Shown: one piece after another, positions 56,296 through 64,000 of the stretch
Position numbering within the stretch: position 1 is the first letter of the stretch
Layout: each line of letters starts with the position of its first letter
IMG/VR virus record: IMGVR_UViG_3300014839_000005
Coordinates: 1-64,000 of that record
Source: a virus
DNA length: 64,000 nt
Strand: one strand, 5' to 3'
Made by a program: the position numbers and the translations under genes
Notes under the pieces: generated by a model
The model's database searches: none
What the model saw: the letters and a program-made list of their open reading frames with translations, nothing else
What the model was told of the DNA's origin: nothing

Positions 56296-57676
56296 AGAAT
56301 TTGCTCCTGGACTTCCTGATAAAAATCTGTTTGACAAAATTAATCAAAATGGTGAAACAAGATTAGTTATTCAAAAACATTTAGCTACTACCCCTCATTA
56401 TGATTTAAGATTGCAAGATAAAAATATTGCACATTCATGGGTTATTAAATCACTTCCTGGAGAACAAACCAGAATATTAGCTATACGACAACCCACTCAT
56501 ACTACAAAATATATGGATTTTGAAGGAAAAATAGAATCTGGATATGGTAAAGGAACTGTTAAAAAAGTTTATGATAAAGATGTTCATGTCTTATATGCTA
56601 ATGATAAGAAAATAAAGATGGTGTTGCCTGAAGGCGAATTCACCATGTTAAAACCTGAAAAGTTTAAAGATACTGATTGGTTAATGATACGAAATAAACC
56701 TATTAAAAATCCTATAACTGATAAACCTCAATATAAAGTAATAACCAAACCTTTAGATTTTTCTGATAAAAATAAAGTTCTTCAGCCTAAAGTCGATGGA
56801 GCCAATGCTATATTTGATTTAAGATCTGAGGCGATGAATAGAATTTATTCATATCGTACTAGCAAAAAGACAGGAATGCCAATAGATCACTCGCATCAAG
56901 TTCCAGGATTACGAGATCTTGAAATCCCAAAATCTTTAGATGGAACTGTTCTTCGTGGAGAATTATATGCTACAAAGAATGGAAAGCCATTACCAGCTGA
57001 GACTATAGGTGGAATACTTAATTCTAAACTAGATGAAAGTTTAAAAAAACAAAAAGAACTTGGAAAATTAAAACCATATATTTTTGATATTGTTAAATAC
57101 AAAGGTAAAGATGTTTCAGAAGAACCATATGCCGCTAAATATGATTTATTAAAATCAGTTCAAAAGAAATTACCACAACTAAGAGTTGCTGAGACGGCAT
57201 TTACTTCAAGTGCCAAACAAAAACTTGTTGATGCTATCAAATCGGGTAATCATCCAAAAACTGTTGAAGGTGTTATTGAGTGGGATCTTACAAAATCAAC
57301 AGGAGATCCTAAAAAACTTAAATTCAGAGATACTCATGATGTCTATATTAGGGAAATCTTTCCGGCGATTAGTGGCGTTAGTGGTAAAGAAAAAGACGAA
57401 GCAGGTGGATTTAAATATAGTTGGACTAAAAATGGCCCAATTGTAGGTAATGTTGGAACTGGTTTTGATAAATTAAAACGACAAGATATGTGGAAAAATA
57501 AAAATAATTATGTAGGAAAAGTTGCAAGAGTTAAATCTCAACAAAAATATAAATCTGGCAGTTTAAGGGCTCCTAGTTTTTATTCTTTAGATATAGAAAA
57601 AAATTTAAATTTAGAAAAAATATCACAATTTGCATTTTTAGATGAAATAAAAAACTTGTTAATTTTAAATGAATAA
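56285..57676 (+). CDS. LigD-like 3'-phosphoesterase + ATP-dependent DNA ligase (PE-NTase-OB), no polymerase domain
   Basis: IQKH...HYDLRL...HSW (PE); PKVDG, GEL, YIFDI, EGVI, K.K; VGNVGTGF (OB). Confidence 0.85.
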   Translation: MENKEFAPGLPDKNLFDKINQNGETRLVIQKHLATTPHYDLRLQDKNIAHSWVIKSLPGEQTRILAIRQPTHTTKYMDFEGKIESGYGKGTVKKVYDKDVHVLYANDKKIKMVLPEGEFTMLKPEKFKDTDWLMIRNKPIKNPITDKPQYKVITKPLDFSDKNKVLQPKVDGANAIFDLRSEAMNRIYSYRTSKKTGMPIDHSHQVPGLRDLEIPKSLDGTVLRGELYATKNGKPLPAETIGGILNSKLDESLKKQKELGKLKPYIFDIVKYKGKDVSEEPYAAKYDLLKSVQKKLPQLRVAETAFTSSAKQKLVDAIKSGNHPKTVEGVIEWDLTKSTGDPKKLKFRDTHDVYIREIFPAISGVSGKEKDEAGGFKYSWTKNGPIVGNVGTGFDKLKRQDMWKNKNNYVGKVARVKSQQKYKSGSLRAPSFYSLDIEKNLNLEKISQFAFLDEIKNLLILNE

Positions 57677-58094
57677 CAAATTTAAAAAATGTTCTATATG
57701 TAAGATAGAAAAATCATTAAATAATTTTTATACTGATCCTACTCATAAAGATGGGCATCAATCGAGGTGTAAACAATGTGATAATAAGAATGGAAAAGTA
57801 TATAAATCTAAACATAAAATAGAAAGAATGAATTATCATTTAAAATGGAAATATAATATTTCATTAGAACAAAAAAATAGAATGATTATAGACCAAAATA
57901 GTAAATGCGCATCGTGTGGAGATATGCTTGGTATTAATGCAAAAAATATTTGTATAGATCATAATCATATTACAAAAATAGTTAGAAAAATACTATGTCA
58001 AAAATGTAATGCCGCATTAGGATTTATGGAAGAAAATGTAGAAAAAATATTAAAATTAGCAGAATATGCTAAATATTGTAACCAGATAAAATAG
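57669..58094 (+). CDS. EndoVII-type HNH endonuclease, paralog of 55693-56295
   Basis: CASCG...IDHNH...RKILCQKCN. Confidence 0.8.
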   Translation: MNNKFKKCSICKIEKSLNNFYTDPTHKDGHQSRCKQCDNKNGKVYKSKHKIERMNYHLKWKYNISLEQKNRMIIDQNSKCASCGDMLGINAKNICIDHNHITKIVRKILCQKCNAALGFMEENVEKILKLAEYAKYCNQIK

Positions 58095-58103
58095 AAAATT
58101 ACA

Positions 58104-59489
58104 ATGGAAAACAATCCTATCTTCTACGTCCCTGTTCCCGTCATTTGCGGCGGACAGATTGTTCAGTATAAAACTGAAGGTAATTATTATTATGTAAAAA
58201 TAAGTGATACGCACCCAATGAATGGAGCTATAGCATGTTCTTTAATCTATCCTCCAGGCGCAAAAGCTAATTATGTTGTAGGAGATAGGGTAAAAGTTCT
58301 TGTTATGATGATGTTTGGTGGCGTTGAAATGAAAATACAGGGAGTAATGCGTAGTGCAAAGCATTACATTCTTGGTCTTAATGATAAAGGTCTAATCTTT
58401 CCTCTAGAAGAAGGTCCGTCATATTTAAGAAATGAAAAAGATCATTCATTTTTAAATAGAGATAATGATGCCGGCCTTTTAGCAACTGATGATGGATGTG
58501 CTATTATTACAACTCGTGGAGCTATCAAAACTATACATAGCCCCTTTGGTAATGGTATATATGAAAATATGAAACAGGATATGTATCAAAATTATCATCG
58601 GATAATTTCACATAACGAACCATATCAATCAAGAGAATATTTTGGGCTTTTTAAGGGATTAGATGCTGAAGATAAAAAATCGAGAACAGATCCTAAACGT
58701 TCTCTTTTATGTTATAAAAGATTTGTTACTCAAACAATGGATCCGTCCAGTTGGGTATCTACCTGTGAAGGGTCCTGGAATCCTTGGGTAGGGGCAAATA
58801 ATAGTGTTGAAGAAATAATTAAAGGTAGTAATATATTATATACCAAAATTATTCATTCTGGCGCTACAACTACAGCAAAAAGATTGACCGTGGAAGCCGG
58901 CGAGGAAGGCCCTACATTTTATAATTTCAGAATAGATAAGATGCTGACTGGAGAAAAAAGCATTCCTCTTGGAGCTGGAGCTTCTCCGGCGGTGTCAGGA
59001 AATACATTTAAATGCAGTATATCAGATAGTGGAGAGGTGGATGTACGAGCGGCTGCCAAGGGTATACCTTTAACAAATTTTTCAGGAGTACAATTAAAAA
59101 TTGACACTGATGGAAATCTTATTATCAATGCTAAAGGGGCTATTACTATATCTCATGGGGATGCAGATAAAAGTACATGTAGTATTGAATTTGATGGTAA
59201 GGGTGGAATCGATGTTAAGGCTTTGGGAGGATTTAAAGTTAATGGACAACCCGTTGCCAGTGCTACATTTATAGATTTTTGGTTACAATATGCGGCAGCT
59301 ATGTATACGTGTGCTACACCAGGATCTCCAGCGGTAATAAATCCTGCCGCCATACCATATATAACACAAAATTCTATTCCATTGACTAAGGATGCGAGTG
59401 CCGGAGGTTTTACGACAGCTGGATTGCCAGTTGCTCCTCCAATTACTGGATTACAACCATTTGCAGATTATCATCAGACAACAGCTTAA
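58104..59489 (+). CDS. putative baseplate spike/hub protein (gpV/gp5-like)
   Basis: N-terminal OB-like strands ending VGDRVKVL; C-terminal short beta-strand repeats (LKIDTDGNLIINAKGAITI...GGIDVKA). Confidence 0.42.
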   Translation: MENNPIFYVPVPVICGGQIVQYKTEGNYYYVKISDTHPMNGAIACSLIYPPGAKANYVVGDRVKVLVMMMFGGVEMKIQGVMRSAKHYILGLNDKGLIFPLEEGPSYLRNEKDHSFLNRDNDAGLLATDDGCAIITTRGAIKTIHSPFGNGIYENMKQDMYQNYHRIISHNEPYQSREYFGLFKGLDAEDKKSRTDPKRSLLCYKRFVTQTMDPSSWVSTCEGSWNPWVGANNSVEEIIKGSNILYTKIIHSGATTTAKRLTVEAGEEGPTFYNFRIDKMLTGEKSIPLGAGASPAVSGNTFKCSISDSGEVDVRAAAKGIPLTNFSGVQLKIDTDGNLIINAKGAITISHGDADKSTCSIEFDGKGGIDVKALGGFKVNGQPVASATFIDFWLQYAAAMYTCATPGSPAVINPAAIPYITQNSIPLTKDASAGGFTTAGLPVAPPITGLQPFADYHQTTA

Positions 59490-59586
59490 ATATTTTGATT
59501 GATTAGCTCAATTAACGTATATTATAATTAATCAGTATAGTTCCAGATAATCATTAAATTTTGTATTATACAAAAGAGGTAACAAA

Positions 59587-61836
59587 ATGATAAAGTTACA
59601 AGATGCAGTTTTAAGAAAGCCCACCTTTGAAAAAACAGCCACATACGAACTTCCTCAAGATGTAACAAACTGGAACTCTGAAATATTGGAGAAGTTCTTT
59701 GAAGAAGTGAATTATCTTCCAAAAGATATCAATACTGAAATAGTAGTCAATAGTATTGATGAGAACAAGGGATATGCAAAAGGTTCAGTTGTGGTTTGGT
59801 ATGGAAACCGCAAGTTAAATTTTCCTATTATTGTAAAGGATTTTCAACTCTATCCTTTTGATGTTTATATTACTGAAAAAGATGGTAAGTTTAAATATAA
59901 TAATGCTACAGAAGTCAATGTTAAAACATATTTAATGTCAAATGAAATTGGCAAAATTGAAAATATGTATGATGCTGCTATGGGTGCCAATATTAAGACT
60001 CCTGGTAATATTTCTCCTAAACGACATATCAATCTTTCTGACGACTATAATATTGATTGGATTTCCGCTTATCCTAATTTCACCAAGATGTCTTCAGATT
60101 GGCGGGAAGAAGATTTTAAGCACCTGAAAAATGTCCTTGAAAAGAATGCAGATATCGCTAGTTCATTTGTTGATACTACAGGGGACTTGGTTAATAATAT
60201 TATTAATCTTAATCGTGGTAAACAAGCAATTCCAAGAGATAAAGCACAAGGCAAACTTGACCTTAATAATGTTGTTGATGCAAAACAGGCACTTACTGTT
60301 ATTGATGCCGAAATGTTTGATACGGCAAAATTGATTCCCATTAAACCTCCAGCTGTTTGTGAATTAAGATTATATCAATATCCGTCCATGGAAGATTTCA
60401 TGGATAGAGGCGATAGTGAACTGTTAAGATTTTCTGCATCTAAAACTGGAAAACCTATTACTGGCGTAGTTCTTGATTATAAGACAATTGAAACTTCTGG
60501 AAATTGCCCTATTGAATGCGCCTCTTCTGTAACTTCAAAAGATGCTGATCCCATAGAACAAGCAAGAGCGGTTCGTAATCGTAGACCTCAGATATTTATC
60601 TGTTCTGAAGGTAAATATTATTCAACAGACGATGACTGGGGAAAATCAGGTATTTGTTTTTATGGATCCAATATTTTATCAATACCTGGTATGGTAGATA
60701 AAATTGTTGAAAGAATAGCTAATAAAACCACAAATGATTATCTCAGATTTAATAAAGATAATCATGGTAATGGTGATGATAAGATTTTTCATCGTAATCT
60801 TGAATTGCGCCAAGGTAAAGAAAATGTTGAAAATGGTGACGCAATCAAAAGCCATTATCAAGGTATCATTCCATGGCCGGCAACTGTATATCCGAACTTT
60901 GCAAGTCAAAATAAAGAATTACTTCTGATTTATGGAAATAATGATACTTATGAATGTGTCAAAATTTCTGGTCCATTTAAGAGATATAGGGTTAACGGGA
61001 CCACCGCATATGCTTGTTCAGAAATGGCTCTTATTCCTGCAAGAATTGCTGTCATTCAGCAAGTTGGTTCAGTAACTGATCCAGTCTATAAAATGATTGC
61101 AGGAGAAAGTAAAAAAGTATATTTAATTCCAGAAAATACTCTTGTTATCAATATGGATTTTATGGAGAGATTGAATAAAGATGACTTTATGAGTCCAGCA
61201 AAGCCTATTCAGAAGATTTATGAAGAAGCTTCAATTCTGAAGGTGGCAATAGATCTTGGACAAGATGGATATCGTATTTATGGAAGTCCTGTAAAACCTC
61301 TTCAGAAGATAGCGCATTTTGATGATAATACATGTCTTAATACTAAAGATGCTATTAATGTATTAAAAATTCTTGGTATGGAGAAAACAGCCGCCGAAAA
61401 AGCTCTTAAAACTGTTCTTATTAAAAATGCTGAATCTCCTGGTTCATCCATTATGGTATATGGAGTCAGGAATGATTATATTAATCCTAAACTTTATGAT
61501 GGTATTGAGAAACAAGCCAGAGTAAGAGATATATACCGTCAATTAGCTGCTGAGTTGAAAATAGATTTAATTAAAGAAGCTAGTGTTATAAGTGATCCTG
61601 AAGCTGTAGATGTTATGTTAAGTTTAAATTTTGTTAATGAAGATAATCTTAATGAATATGTTGATCAGGTTCATATTATTAAAAAGGTTATCGGCAAACT
61701 TTCAGCAATGTTGGTAGCTTCAAGGATGGGTCTTAGTGATATCGATGAGACTGCTACAAAGAAAGCTATTGATGGGTTAGACAATGTCGTCAAGGGACTT
61801 GAGAATATTAAATTATCAATATCTAATCAAGGATAA
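59587..61836 (+). CDS. large probable virion protein with recurring K-x-A/S sites
   Basis: 749 aa; FEKTA, FTKMS, ILKVA, LQKIA, MEKTA, IEKQA, LIKEA. Confidence 0.55.
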   Translation: MIKLQDAVLRKPTFEKTATYELPQDVTNWNSEILEKFFEEVNYLPKDINTEIVVNSIDENKGYAKGSVVVWYGNRKLNFPIIVKDFQLYPFDVYITEKDGKFKYNNATEVNVKTYLMSNEIGKIENMYDAAMGANIKTPGNISPKRHINLSDDYNIDWISAYPNFTKMSSDWREEDFKHLKNVLEKNADIASSFVDTTGDLVNNIINLNRGKQAIPRDKAQGKLDLNNVVDAKQALTVIDAEMFDTAKLIPIKPPAVCELRLYQYPSMEDFMDRGDSELLRFSASKTGKPITGVVLDYKTIETSGNCPIECASSVTSKDADPIEQARAVRNRRPQIFICSEGKYYSTDDDWGKSGICFYGSNILSIPGMVDKIVERIANKTTNDYLRFNKDNHGNGDDKIFHRNLELRQGKENVENGDAIKSHYQGIIPWPATVYPNFASQNKELLLIYGNNDTYECVKISGPFKRYRVNGTTAYACSEMALIPARIAVIQQVGSVTDPVYKMIAGESKKVYLIPENTLVINMDFMERLNKDDFMSPAKPIQKIYEEASILKVAIDLGQDGYRIYGSPVKPLQKIAHFDDNTCLNTKDAINVLKILGMEKTAAEKALKTVLIKNAESPGSSIMVYGVRNDYINPKLYDGIEKQARVRDIYRQLAAELKIDLIKEASVISDPEAVDVMLSLNFVNEDNLNEYVDQVHIIKKVIGKLSAMLVASRMGLSDIDETATKKAIDGLDNVVKGLENIKLSISNQG

Positions 61837-61839
61837 ATT

Positions 61840-62094
61840 ATGATTGATTTAGCAAAAATTTCTCAAGAAGCATTTATAGACGAATTGCAAAAAATAGCAA
61901 TGTCTGAAAGTGTTATAACAAAAGCTATTAATGCATCACACAATAAGGCTATGAGTCTTTTAGGACAATCACCAATAAGTGCATCAAATATTTCTGCAGC
62001 TGCAAAAAAAATAAGACAATCATCTAATATGAGATTAGGTCTTGCTAAAAGACGCGATAATGTTGGATATAGTTTTCTTAAAAAAGGAAGGTAA
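61840..62094 (+). CDS. leader-motif family protein
   Basis: MIDLAKISQEAFIDELQKIA. Confidence 0.72.
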   Translation: MIDLAKISQEAFIDELQKIAMSESVITKAINASHNKAMSLLGQSPISASNISAAAKKIRQSSNMRLGLAKRRDNVGYSFLKKGR

Positions 62095-62096
62095 TT

Positions 62097-62543
62097 ATGA
62101 TTGATTTACAAAAAATTGCTGAAAGTGCATTTGTGAATGAACTTGAAAAAATATCAAAACTTTCACACACACTTGAACCTGACGCTTATACACCTACTAT
62201 TAAACATTATGTTAAAAATATCCAAAATATTGAAAAGAAAGAAAAATCTGAATGGAATAAATTAAAAAACAAATATAAACCAGAAATAAGATCTAATAGA
62301 TTGGCTGCATTAGGTGGAGCCCTTGGAGGTGGTGGAGCTGGTTTTGCTATAGGAAAATTATTTGGTCTTCCCGTTTCAGGAACCATTGGTGGTAGTTTAC
62401 TTGGCGCTGGTGGGGCTGGTGGTATTATGAGTTATATTAACGAATTAAAAAGACCATCTTTTGGAAAAGAAATGTCTTCACATACAGAACGATATGGAGA
62501 AGGCGCTCCTAATATCAAAGATTTGCTAATAAATAGAGAATAA
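62097..62543 (+). CDS. leader-motif family protein with glycine-zipper cargo
   Basis: MIDLQKIAESAFVNELEKIS; GGALGGGGAG...GGSLLGAGGAGG. Confidence 0.75.
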   Translation: MIDLQKIAESAFVNELEKISKLSHTLEPDAYTPTIKHYVKNIQNIEKKEKSEWNKLKNKYKPEIRSNRLAALGGALGGGGAGFAIGKLFGLPVSGTIGGSLLGAGGAGGIMSYINELKRPSFGKEMSSHTERYGEGAPNIKDLLINRE

Positions 62544-62544
62544 G

Positions 62545-62745
62545 ATGAATTGGCTTCAAAAAATAGCTGAAACTGCTTTTGATGATGAAATGCAAAAAAT
62601 TCTTCAAGCTGAAGGTATTGATAAAATAATGGATCATAGAGCTTTAACTAGAGTAACGAATATGAATCGCTCTGGTACTAATGTTGGAATTAATGATGAA
62701 TACAACCCGACAGAATCAGAAAGTACATATGGACAATCGTTTTGA
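62545..62745 (+). CDS. leader-motif family protein (short)
   Basis: MNWLQKIAETAFDDEMQKIL. Confidence 0.68.
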   Translation: MNWLQKIAETAFDDEMQKILQAEGIDKIMDHRALTRVTNMNRSGTNVGINDEYNPTESESTYGQSF

Positions 62746-63145
62746 AGAAATAACGAAATACGCTTTTGATGAAGAGTTAAAAAAAATAGCAGACTTTTAT
62801 ACTGATATGTTAGCTACTTATCCTGATGAAGAAGAGGAACCTGAATACGAGGAAGAATATCCAGAACAAGCCGCTTCTTATGACTCCCAACGACCTAATC
62901 CAATTCCTAGTCTATTTGCTGGTGCAGGAACTGGAACTGCTTTAGCATCTGGTCTTGGAATGTTGAGTAATAATATATTGGGCAATCCTATTTCTCAAAA
63001 TTTTGCCAGAAATGCTATTATTGGCGGTTTAATGGGTGGATTAGGTGCTGGTATTCCAATTTTGATAAATCATTTTTCGTCATCAAATAATAATGAGGAA
63101 AATGATGTTGCCGCTCAACCCATCAATTCAATAATGGAAAATTAA
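62729..63145 (+). CDS. leader-motif family protein, acidic linker plus glycine zipper
   Basis: MDNRFEEITKYAFDEELKKIA; start re-set to 62729. Confidence 0.7.
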   Translation: MDNRFEEITKYAFDEELKKIADFYTDMLATYPDEEEEPEYEEEYPEQAASYDSQRPNPIPSLFAGAGTGTALASGLGMLSNNILGNPISQNFARNAIIGGLMGGLGAGIPILINHFSSSNNNEENDVAAQPINSIMEN

Positions 63146-63571
63146 ATGCATTCTATTACACATAAAGCTTTTATTAATGAGTTGGAAAAAATATCTGCAG
63201 CCGGTATAGTGGGAGATATATTAGCAGCTTCGTTGTTAGGTCAATTAGCTATGACTGGTGCTCAACATACTAAAGGAATAAAAGAAGCACTTAAAGCGGG
63301 TGCTACACTAAAACATGCTTTTAGTGCTCCTCCTTTGCCTATTGGAAAAGAATGGAAATTTGTACCATTAAATAGAGTAAATAATCAATTAAAATTACAA
63401 GAAAATCAATTAGCATCTATGACTAAAGAGAAATCTTCTTATGAACATTTTTTAGATGAACAAAGAAAACGAATGCAGACAATTGCTATGCCTACTGGTG
63501 CCGTTGTTTCTATAGCAGCAGAACGAAAACATGATCGTGAACATATACATAAAACACCAATGAAAGGATAA
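63146..63571 (+). CDS. leader-motif family protein
   Basis: MHSITHKAFINELEKISA. Confidence 0.72.
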   Translation: MHSITHKAFINELEKISAAGIVGDILAASLLGQLAMTGAQHTKGIKEALKAGATLKHAFSAPPLPIGKEWKFVPLNRVNNQLKLQENQLASMTKEKSSYEHFLDEQRKRMQTIAMPTGAVVSIAAERKHDREHIHKTPMKG

Positions 63572-63574
63572 ACA

Positions 63575-64000
63575 ATGAATAAAGATACTATGCAAAAAAT
63601 TGCAGAAGAAGCATTTATTGATGAGCTGGAAAAAATTTCTGGTAAGAAAAGCGAAGTTGCTGGAACAGCAATTGGTGTAGGTGGATCCATTGGAGGGTAT
63701 GCGCTGACTAAAGGTGCAATTAAACGAGGAATGACACCAGAATATGCTAAGGCAATTAATGAATCTCTTATAAAAAATAAAACTATTGGAAAAGTTATGG
63801 GATCTTTAGCGCATTCACAAATGAAACATCCAGGTAAATGGTTAGCCGGTGGATTAGCTCTCAGTGCTATTCCTATCGCAGGTGGGTTAATGCAGAAAGC
63901 TAAATCAAAAGAAGAAATGGATAAACAAAACAAACAAACAATATCTAATTTAGCGCTTGGTCCCTACAATCTTGGTAAACGTATTAAAGCCTCTCTTGCT
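63575..64000 (+). CDS. leader-motif family protein, truncated by the window end
   Basis: MNKDTMQKIAEEAFIDELEKISG...GTAIGVGGSIGG; open to position 64000. Confidence 0.72.
   Translation, partial: MNKDTMQKIAEEAFIDELEKISGKKSEVAGTAIGVGGSIGGYALTKGAIKRGMTPEYAKAINESLIKNKTIGKVMGSLAHSQMKHPGKWLAGGLALSAIPIAGGLMQKAKSKEEMDKQNKQTISNLALGPYNLGKRIKASLA

Noticed and set aside
61330-61420. RuvA C-terminal/UBA-like helix (AINVLKILGMEKTAAEKAL) in the 749-aa protein
   Set aside because: Too short to support a domain call by eye.

Overview
64-kb fragment of a large, AT-rich dsDNA bacteriophage (jumbo-phage-like). Bacterial SD sites and TATAAT-type -10 boxes are present; no capsid, terminase or portal gene is recognisable here. 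The window has two divergent blocks. Block 1 (about 1-45.5 kb, almost all minus strand) holds NAD+ salvage (NAMPT + NMNAT-Nudix) and a five-gene ubiquitin-like conjugation operon (two E2-fold proteins, JAB, E1, di-Ubl). It also holds replication/recombination genes (SNF2 helicase, VRR-NUC, DnaQ-PD(D/E)xK fusion, Toprim primase-MCM helicase fusion), a PvcA/Dit1-like enzyme, a ~620-nt structured ncRNA candidate, an 8-member paralog array, an SPFH protein and an IS200/IS605 tnpB element. Block 2 (45.66-64 kb, plus strand) holds a single-chain beta-beta' RNA polymerase, a LigD-like phosphoesterase-ligase flanked by two EndoVII-type HNH genes, and probable virion genes. It also holds a family of proteins sharing an ~18-aa 'KIAxxAFxDELEKIA' motif attached to unrelated cargo domains. 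A 28-bp GTTAT-N18-ATAAC promoter/operator occurs at least 12 times in block 1. The best candidates for undescribed biology are the phage ubiquitin-like operon, the leader+cargo family and the large ncRNA. All family calls come from motif recognition by eye; no database search was run.
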